From Thecamonas trahens ATCC 50062 (Eukaryota > Protista > Apusomonadida): a stretch of DNA of 64,000 nt. Under the pieces are notes generated by a model. The model saw only the letters and a list, made by a program, of their open reading frames with translations, was not told the DNA's origin and made no database searches. Below, piece by piece: positions 55,031 to 64,000 of the stretch (positions within the stretch are counted from its first letter, which is position 1; each line of letters begins with the position of its first letter). The position numbers and the translations under genes were made by a program. The stretch lies in contig NW_013657649.1 of NCBI RefSeq assembly GCF_000142905.1, positions 331,033-395,032 on the forward strand. The letters are read 5' to 3'.

Positions 55031-56105
55031 TGCGTGCTGACGACTGGCTGCACGGGGAGCATAGCTGTGCTGCGCATGCCAAGCACCGTGCCGGTTGGCA
55101 CGATGTGTGGGCACTGGAAGACAGCGAAGTTCACGCGAGGAAACCTGTCACGCTGTCGGCTTGTTTGCGCCGATGTTGCGAGACTTGGAACTGTGTCGGA
55201 TCAGCTGTCGCATCAGTTGAGACTAGCGTGTATCGACCCCAACCGCAAACAGAACCGTCATCAGCGCAAGCGAGCTGGACTCTCCAGCCAGCGACATGCT
55301 TGGCACGAGGTGATTGAACATAGTCGCCATCACGGCTGCATCCACTTCCAGCTGTAGCGACGAGCTGGTGCGGTACGTACAGACGAACACCAGCGAGAGT
55401 ACATATACCATGAGCACAGCGAGCAACATCGGGCTCCCTCAGAGCCGCACGGGAGGATCAATGTAGAGATAGCCACGCCCAACCGCCGCACTGGTACCAC
55501 GTCCTCGCACCACCCCGCTCGGTCCACAACGCCGGAAAATCGTAAGGCTTACGCTGAGCGCGCCGCATCACCGGCAGCCACCGTGAGCCGCACCTGCATT
55601 GCCACGACGGCAGCCATGCTGGCGAGGAGGAACCACCGCTAGTCCAGCAACCACAGCCAGCTCGGCGTGCTTCCCGCACCAGCACATGTGCCACGGCGCC
55701 GACGCCAGATAGCTTGCGCATGGGCAGGAGACCCGCTCCGACACGCACGTGTACAAAGTTTGTGCCTTGGCCACTCGCCGAAATTTCAGCATCACACGCT
55801 GCGGGACTGAAGCCGCCACCTGCGGACCGGACCGACCGCCGACAGCTACGAAGACGGCTACTGCCAGCGAATGCGCGACGCACTGGAGAACGGCCACGCC
55901 AGAACTACAGCCGTAACCGGTGCCGCCGTCGCCTCGACAAACAGAGCGGACCTTTAGCGGCGGCGCCACGTGCTGGGTGCGTGGGTCGCGACTGGCTCAT
56001 ATTTTCGCTGGAATCGCGTGGCAACCTCTGGGCACGACACACCCACCCACCCCACTCATTCTGACTGCGAGCGTAATCATGAGCTACAAAGCACGCGAAA
56101 CTGAG

Positions 56106-59100
56106 ATGACGCGTCCTTCCGTGTCCGGTTTCGGGTTGGAGTACTGGTGCTGCTGCTGTGCGTCGTTGTCGAGGGCGTGGCCGGTGCGAGTGGTGGCGGA
56201 CACACGCCGTTTCCGCGACCAGACATTCCGCAGTGTCGGGCCGAGATGGCGGCGGTGGAGCACGAGGTGAGCACTGCAGCGAATGGTCCGTGGTCTTTGA
56301 TTGCGGTTGACATGGATGGAGATGAAGATTTGGATCTGGTGTCGGCGTCGGCGTATGACGACAAGATTGCGTGGTACGAGAACACCGACGGGGTCGGGAC
56401 CTTTGGGCCGCAGCAAGTGGTGAGCACGGCTGCAGACAGTGCGCGGTCTGTGATTGCGGCTGACATCGATGGAGATGGCGATCTGGACCTGGCGTCGGCG
56501 TCGGAGAGCGACGACAAGATTGCGTGGTACGAGAACACCGACGGGCTCGGGACCTTTGGGCCGCAGCAAGTGGTGAGCACTGCAGCGAACGGTGCGCAGT
56601 CTGTGATTGCGGCTGACATCGATGGAGATGGCGATATGGACTTGGCGTCGGCGTCACTCGACGACGACAAGATTGCGTGGTACGAGAACACCGACGGATT
56701 CGGGACCTTTGGGCCGCAACAAGTGGTGAGCACTGCAGCGGACCGTGCGCGGTCTGTGATTGCGGCTGACATCGATGGAGATGGAGATATGGACCTGGCG
56801 TCGGCGTCGGAGCTCGACAGCAAGATTTCGTGGTACGAGAACACCGACGGGGCCGGGACCTTTGGGCCGCAGCAAGTGGTGAGCACTGCAGCGAACGGTG
56901 CAAAGTCTGTGGTTGCGGCTGACATCGATGGAGATGGCGATCTGGACCTGGCGTCGGCGTCGTCGAGCGACGACAAGATTGCGTGGTACGAGAACACCGA
57001 CGGGGCCGGGAGTTTCGGACCGCAGCAAGTGGTGAGCACTGCAGCAGACGGTGCACAGTCGGTGATTGCGGCTGACATCGATGGAGATGGCGATCTGGAC
57101 CTGGCGTCGGCGTCGCACGCCGACGACAAGATTGCGTGGTACGAGAACACCGACGGCTCTGGGAGTTTTGGACCGCAGCAAGTGGTTAGCACCGCAGCAG
57201 ACTTTGGTCAGTCTGTGATTGCGGCTGATATTGATGGAGATGATGATCTGGACCTGGCGTCGTCGTCGGTGCTCGACAACAAGATTTCGTGGTACGAGAA
57301 CACCAATCAGACTGCGGCGTTCGGGCCGCAGCAAGTGGTGAGCACTGCAGCGGTCTATGCGTCGTCCGTGATTGCGGCTGACATTGATGGAGATGGCGAT
57401 CTGGACCTGGCGTCGGCGTCGGCGTATGACAACAAGATTGCGTGGTACGAGAACACCGACGGGGCCGGGAGCTTTGGGCCGCAGCAAGTTGTGAGCACTG
57501 CAGCGAACGGTGCGCGGTCTGTGATTGCGGCTGACATCGATGGAGATGGCGATCTGGACCTGGCGTCAGCTTACTCGAACACCATTGCGTGGTACGAGAA
57601 CACCGACGGGGCCGGGAGTTTTGGGCCGCAGCAAGTGGTGAGCACGACAACGACCCTTGCGGTGTCTGTATTTGCGGCCGACATTGATGGAGATGGCGAT
57701 ATGGACCTGGCGTCGGCATCGAGTTCTCTCGACCAGATTGTGTGGTTCGAGAACACCGACGGCGCGGGGACCTTTGGACCGCAGCAAGTGGTAAGCACGG
57801 CTGCGGACGGTGCGGCGTCTGTGATTGCGGCTGACATTGATGGAGATGGCGATCTGGACCTGGCGTCGGCGTCGCAGGTCGACGACAAGATTGCGTGGTA
57901 CGAGAACACCGACGGATTCGGGACCTTTGGGCCGCAGCAAGTGGTGAGCACAGCAGCGACCAGTGCGCGGTCTGTGATTGCGGCTGACATGGATGGAGAT
58001 GGCGATCTGGACCTGGCGTCGGCATCGTTCAACGACGACAAGATTGCGTGGTACGAGAACACCGACGGGCTCGGGACCTTTGGGCCGCAGCAAGTGGTGA
58101 GCACTGCAGCGAACGGTGCAAAGTTTGTGGTTGCGGCTGACATCGATGGAGATGGCGATATGGACCTGGCGTCGGCGTCGCACGCCGACGACAAGATTGC
58201 GTGGTATTCCTGTTTCTCGCGTGGACCGTTCCACGCTTACGCAGCAACCACTCATTCTCTCGACACTTCGTGCATGTCGTACAACTCGCCCGCCGCCTGC
58301 CTCTCATCGGCACTCACCCGCCTCTCACGCTGCATGCGCGATACCCTGCTCCTTCCACCAGGCCGATACTCTTGCTTTCGCGACAAGCACCTGCACATGT
58401 TTGATAAGAGCATCATTCTCGCCTCCACCGAGTCTGGAACCGCCACCTTTGCCTGCAATGGCAACGCGCTCTTCCGTCTCACCTCCACTTCTAACTCCTA
58501 CACCGAGCTTGATCTGGTAGGCCTCCGACTCGAGAACCTCGGCAACAGCCACGCCACGCCAATCGTCGGCTCAAGTGGGTTGCGTGTTGAGGATGGCAAC
58601 TCCGTCCTTCGCCTCCGCAATGTCACTATTGACGGCGGATCGTCGCCTTCAACCAGCAACCAACTGGCCGGTGGTCGTGGTGGCTGTTTACTTGTGACGG
58701 ATGGTGCAAAAGTCGAAATCGTCAACTCGACCCTGACTCGCTGCACAGCTGGTAGTGACGGTGGCGCTGTGGCCCTAATGGATTCAGGAAGTGAGCTAGT
58801 GCTCCAGAGCTCTCGCATCGAATCATCAACTGCCAGCAACGACGGTGGCGCCGTGTGGGCAGGTGCCGATACTATTGTTGCCATCGCGGATGGATCGAGC
58901 CTATCGGCAAACTCTGCTGGCAGCAGTGGCGGCGGACTATCCGCTTCCGACAACACCCACATTGTGCTCATGGACTGTTCTCTGGACAGCAACACCGCTG
59001 GCGGTCTCGGCGGTGGCCTCTTTCTCTCTCCGTTCACCATCGCCAACGTGTCGACGTCTGCGATCACCGGCAACACCGCCAGCTTTGGCGGCGGCCTTGC

Positions 59101-61495
59101 TGTATCCTCCGACCCCACATCGACCGCCGGCAAGTTCTCCGTCGTCGACATTCCTACCGCATCCCCTCTAGCGCCCACTTCTTCGCATGCCCTCATGCTT
59201 GACGACGTCACGGTCACTGCCAACACCGCATCGCGGGTCGGCGGCGGCTTCTTTGTGTGCGGGGCCCAAGTCACTGTCTCTGGTCACTCGGCCTGGTCCT
59301 CCAACGCCGCCCTCTGGTCGCCCACAGCGCGCTCATCCGCCGATGCGTTCGAGTGTGGCGGCGGGCCGTGGCTCGACACCAGCGCGGCTCAACTCGACCT
59401 AGGCTCACCTGATATCCAAGGCCCACCCGCCACTCTCGCCTGGGCCGTCGAGCCCACTGCAGTCGTTGAGGCCGGAGGCGTCGTCACCGGCGCGGTCCGC
59501 GTCTACGACGCTTTTGGTCGCAATGTGGTCTACCGAACCACCATTGCACAGACCATCTACGCAGCGTCGCCGGCTCTACCACCGCTTGGTCTGCCCGACA
59601 TCCTGCTCGAGTCACCCAACGTGGCACTGCCTTCGGCCACGCTTTCCATCGTCGATGGCGCCCTCGTACCTGCCACCGTGACGTTCTCGGTCTCTCTCGT
59701 CACCGACGGCTCCGGCCGCGGCCTTCCGGTGCCGCCACTTCCAGGCTCGGTCGACATTGTCCCATGTGGACTCGGCCGCGGCGGCGTGACCGAAGACGAC
59801 GTCACCACCTGCGCGCCCTGCCTCGATGGCACCGAGTCGCTGGAGGTTTCGCTGGCCCCATGTACGGCCCAGTCTTCTTGTCCGACCAACACCCTCCGGC
59901 TTGCAGCCAACACAACCAACGAGCCATGTGTGTGCGTGCCCGGCTTCTACACCCCATCGGGCCAGTTCAACGAGCCTTGCATCGCATGCCCATCCGGAGG
60001 CCTCTGCACGGGTGGCACAGCTCGACCTGTGGCCGGCCCGGGCTTCTTCCCGGACGAGAGCGATCCAACGCTCTTCCTCGCCTGTCCCAACCCCGATGCA
60101 TGTGCCGGCCAAGGCCGATGCCAGGCCGGATACGGCGACCGGCTGTGCGCGCAGTGCCTGCCCGACTACTATCGGCTCCGTGGAAAGTGTTACGCATGCA
60201 AGGCTGGCGTCAATACAATCGTCACGGTGCTTTTGGTGCTTGCGGCGCTTGTTGTTGCGGCTGCGCTGGTGAGCTTCAGCCTGGCCGAGGCGGTGCGGTA
60301 CAAGTTTGCCGCCGCCATGATCGGGCTCAACGCTCTGCAAATATCCGCCCTCTACGGGAGGCTCGAGCTCGACTGGGGTCCCGTCGCCGCGGTCTATTTT
60401 GACATCACGTCGTTTGTCAACCTCAACCTCGAGCTCACCAGCCCCGAGTGCAGCCTGGCCTCAGGCGCCGACGCTTGGGTGATCAAACTGGTGTTGACGC
60501 TAGTCCTGCCAGTCCTAGCTGCGGCTGCTATCGTGGTCGTCGGCTGCGGGTTTGCTGCCGGCATCACGATCAAGCTTCGGCCGGTCGCAAGCTACAGCCT
60601 GGGCCAGCTTGCCGGCGCATGCAAGCGCGCATGGTTTCAGAGCTTGGTCCTTCTTTACCTGCCGCTCACCGGCGCTGCGTTCTCAGTCTTTGGGTGTCGG
60701 CGCGATGAGGCAGGGAGGTGGGTGCTCGACGCCGATCCGGTGCGGAGCTGCTACAACTCGGCCTGGTGGACCGGGCTGTTCCCCATTGGACTTGCTGGCA
60801 TCGTCGTGTATGCCGTCGCCATTCCTGGGTGCGTGGTGTGGGTGCTGCGCCGTGCGCGCGATCGCATGGAGGCGACAACCTTTGCAGCGCGATACGGGTT
60901 TCTGGTCGGTCGTTTTACTAGTTCGCACTGGTGGTTCGAAGCTGCCATCATGGCCCGCAAGCTCATGGTGGTCATGTGCATGACGTTCTTTTTCACTGAC
61001 GAAGGCAAGGCCAACGGCACGGTGTTTGCGCTGGTGGGCTCATTCGCCCAGCTCATCTATGCGCAGCCGTACGGTCGCTCCTTCCACAACGCACTAGCAG
61101 TGACTGTGCTAGCGGCGACCATGTCTGTGCTCTACGCCGGCACGTTTGATGACTACACGCTGCGGATGGTCGGAGTGGTCGTCGGAGTGGTGGCCACCAT
61201 GGCCGCTATTGTCATCGGCAACGGCATCGATTTGTGGCTCATTGCGCGGCACGAGCGGCAAGCTGACGAAGAGTACTTTCAGAGCGGCGTATCTGATTTT
61301 GCTACTAGCGCTGCTACGCCGGTGGGCGGAGGCAGCTTTGGTAACGATGTCGAGTTGGACAAGGGTAGGCTTGGATCGGACGAGCCCGTCAATAGCCACT
61401 CCATCGAGATGTTCTCCGTCGGAGGCGAAGCCGATGACTCGATCTCGTTGGGGCTACATTCAGCAAACGCGCCATCAATGTACTCCATTGATTAA
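56106..61495 (+). CDS. Large cell-surface protein: signal peptide, 13 FG-GAP/VCBS repeats, GGA-repeat beta-helix, Cys-rich stalk, multi-TM C-terminus; probable missing base near 56138
   Basis: DxDGDGDxD Ca-binding blades; N.A...GGA/GGG repeats; CxxC-rich region (CVPGFY, CPNPDAC, GY..RLCAQC); about 8-9 hydrophobic helices with LDWG, FVNLN, RYGFL, WWFE. One inserted G joins MTRPSVSGFGL to the hydrophobic leader VLVLLLCVVV. Confidence 0.87.
56261..58207 (+). repeat. Coding tandem array, 13 x ~153 nt (51 aa) FG-GAP/VCBS blades
   Basis: Consensus PQQVVSTAxxxAxSVIAADIDGDGDLDLASASxxDDKIAWYENTDGxGTFG with very high nucleotide identity; unit 9 is 2 aa shorter. Confidence 0.96.
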
Positions 61496-61544
61496 ATATG
61501 AATGCGTTGTCAGTCACCGAACCCACAAGTGTTCGATTCGGCTG

Positions 61545-64000
61545 TGGGCGGAGGGAGTGGCGGGTACGGCGAATGAGCCTGAAGATTGATGTGGGTGGGC
61601 GAATTGAAGAAGATGCAATGGTGTGGGTGTGGGGGATGACGGTGGAGGGGCTTGGGCGGCGAGGGCGAGGAGGACGGACGGGATTGGATTGAGATGGACG
61701 TCGATGGAGACGAGAGCTTGGGATTGAAAGACGAGACAGACCACTGCACTCTAGTCCACCACTGCATTGCCTATCGCTAGTCCTTGACCTCTCTTGCTCT
61801 TCCTCGTCTTGGCCAGCCCGGTGGCTTCGTCGTCTGGCACGGTGATCGGCAGCAGGGGCGGCTGGCGATGAGCAGGCCGGCGGGGGCTGTGATGGGCAAG
61901 GCCGGCGGAGGGAGGGGAGGAGTGGGTTGGAGGGCAGAATGGTAGGCATTGCCATTGATATAGCTATCCGTATGCATCGCCTCCAATGCCCTGTCGATGG
62001 CTAGCTTGCCCTCGGTGGTGCCGGAGGTGGTCGGTCGGCGGCGGGCGGCGGTCGGCGGCGAGCAGCCGGCGGTCGGCAGCGATGCTGCTGATGTGCGTAT
62101 CGGCGCACGTGAAGTGGGTGGCTATATTTGCAGGGGTAGTGAGTATGTGTGGTGTGGGTGTGGTGGTTGTGGGTGGACAGGTTGGGGAGTGGGGGTCGGA
62201 GATGGGCCCGGGGAGGAGGGGTCAGCAGCATCGAAGGGACACAGGGCCAACAACTTGGGCCCGAGCCGGCAGAACTCGGATTCTGGAATACTGCAGCTGT
62301 GGATAGGAGACTGTGCGAGGGGATAGTGTGTGTATGTAGTAGGGTAGTAATGAAATCAGATTGGCCATATCTTGCAATGAGTGTGGTGGGGGTTGTGTGC
62401 GGGGTCGGGCGGTTGAGGACGTGCTCAACCACCTAGGGCAAACAAGTCGACGCGAAAGTGAGCCGAGGAAGATGGGTATGGATGACAGCGATATTGATAC
62501 TGGTGATAGTGTGGCGTGAGTGATGACCTTGAGTGTGGTCGCGGGTGGCGTAGCGGGTAGTGAGAAGGAGCTAGGTGGTGATGAATGTGGGCTGATCGGA
62601 CGAGCGGGCGACGGCTGGCGGCTGGTGGTCGGCGAGGCAGGGGCAGCAGAGGGAGCTGGGTCGGGGCTGGGTGGCTTGAGATTGCTGTTGGTTGGTGGAC
62701 ATGCAGTATGGCATGTGATGGTTAAGGGGAATGGGTGTCGAGGTCGGGAATGAGGATGCGGGTGAGCTGGAGCGAGGAGACGAGGAGGACGAGGAGGAAG
62801 AGGAAGCCGAGTGCGCGATGGGATGGTGGGGGGTATGACCATGGCACGGTGGTGGGAGTTGTGGCTGCCATGATAGTGATGGTAGTGGAGTAGGGGGTGG
62901 GGTGGTCGTTTGTGGTGACGGGTGGTAATGAGTATGGTAGGGGGGATGAGGGGGTCGTCACGTGGGTGACGGGACGGGCGAAGCGGTGCTGGGTATGGCG
63001 ATTGGGCTTGAGCATTGATGTGGGCGAGTTGGATGAGGATGATGGGTGGGTGTGGAGTGTGGGCAATGAGGGTGAAGGGGCTTGGGCGGCATGGGCGAGG
63101 AGGGCCGACGGGATTTGATTGATGGACGTCGATGGAGACGATGGCTTGGGAATGCGGGGAAGGCAGACCACTACACTCTAGCCCACCACTGCATTAGATA
63201 TCGTTTGCCCTTGCCCTCTCTTGTTCTTCCTTGTCTTGGCCAGCCCGGTGGCCTCGTCGTCTGGCTCGGTGATCGGCGGCAGGGGCGGCGGGCGATGAGC
63301 AGGCCGGCGGGGGCCGTGATGGGCAAGACTGGAGGATGGAGGGGGGACTGGGTTGGAGGGCGCACTGGTAGGCATTGCCATTGATATAGCTATCCGTATG
63401 CATCGCCTCCGATGCCCTGTCGATGGCTAGCTTGCTCTTGGTGGTGCCGGAGGTGGTCGGTCGGCGCGGGCGGCGGTCGGCGGTGAGCAGCCGGCGGCCG
63501 GCAGCGATGCTGTTGACGGGTTGGTGTCGGCTGATGTGAATATCGGCGCACGTGAAGTGGATGGCTATGTTTGCCAGGATGGTGCGTACGTGTGGAGTGG
63601 GTGTGATGGTTGTGGGTGTGATGGTGGGGAGTGGGGGTCGGAGATGGGCCCGGGGAGGAGGGGTCAGCAGCATCGAAGGGACACCAGGACAACAAGCTGG
63701 GCCTGAGCCGGCAGAACTCGGATTCCGGAATACAGCAGCTGTGGTTTGGAGATTGTGCAAGGGGGGAGGGTGGGCGTGTAGTAGAGTAGTAGTGAAATCA
63801 GATTGGGTATATCTTGCAATGAGGTTGGTGGGGGCATGTGCGGGGTCGGGCGGTCGAGGACGTGCTCAACCACCTAGGCAAACAAGTCGACGCGGAAATG
63901 AGCCGAGGAAGATGGGTGTCAATGACAGCGATACTGATACTGGTGATAGTGTATGGCGAGTGATGACCTTGGGTGTGGTCGCGGGTTGTGTAGCTGGTAG
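61545..64000. repeat. Diverged non-coding direct duplication, period ~1.43 kb; the second copy runs off the window
   Basis: Shared blocks: GATGGACGTCGATGGAGACGA (~61693/63121), GATATAGCTATCCGTATGCATCGCCTCC (~61957/63383), GAGATGGGCCCGGGGAGGAGGGGTCAGCAGCATCGAAGGGACAC (~62199/63641), AAACAAGTCGACGCG (~62440/63880). Confidence 0.9.

Noticed and set aside
55030-56100. Short ORFs between ABITRAM and the FG-GAP gene
   Set aside because: No consistent coding bias or motif; a gene or ncRNA cannot be supported.
5800-56140. Pseudogene calls for HYDIN, ING, RTF2 and other frame-broken genes
   Set aside because: Motifs are intact, there are no nonsense codons, and every break is a single missing base, which fits sequencing error better than decay.
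56261-58207. Integrin alpha call, or a diversity-generating retroelement
   Set aside because: No thigh/calf domains or GFFKR tail, and the C-terminus is multi-pass. No reverse transcriptase is present and the variation is not adenine-specific.
61545-64000. LTR retrotransposon interpretation of the direct repeats
   Set aside because: No gag/pol, primer-binding site or TG...CA ends are visible, and the copies are nearly adjacent.

Overview
GC-rich, gene-dense, intron-poor nuclear DNA from a flagellated unicellular eukaryote. The style resembles an apusomonad such as Thecamonas trahens, but that is my unverified inference. It is a draft assembly with three N-gaps. About 19 protein-coding genes can be built by hand. 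Recognisable ones are HYDIN (about 16.7 kb, no intron needed), a DUF4795/QRICH2-like protein, an ankyrin-TKL kinase, a VWA protein, PKD2/TRPP, an Old Yellow Enzyme, RTF2, mitochondrial GRX5, ING, TAF1 and ABITRAM. Four architectures stand out. (1) A K+ channel, missing from the ORF track because it runs off the left edge, carries four 2TM/P-loop modules plus a C2 domain in one reading frame. (2) A clathrin heavy-chain terminal domain is fused in frame to an arginyl-tRNA-protein transferase (ATE1). (3) A multi-pass surface protein has 13 near-identical FG-GAP/VCBS repeats whose differences cluster in two short, apparently reshuffled segments, which suggests a diversifying receptor. (4) A predicted mitochondrial protein fuses a J-domain to PPR repeats. 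Nine reading-frame breaks are all single missing bases, most likely homopolymer undercalls. Five convergent gene pairs have only 4-36 nt between their stop codons. No rRNA, tRNA, CRISPR array or recognisable transposon was found. All family assignments come from motif recognition by eye, not database searches.
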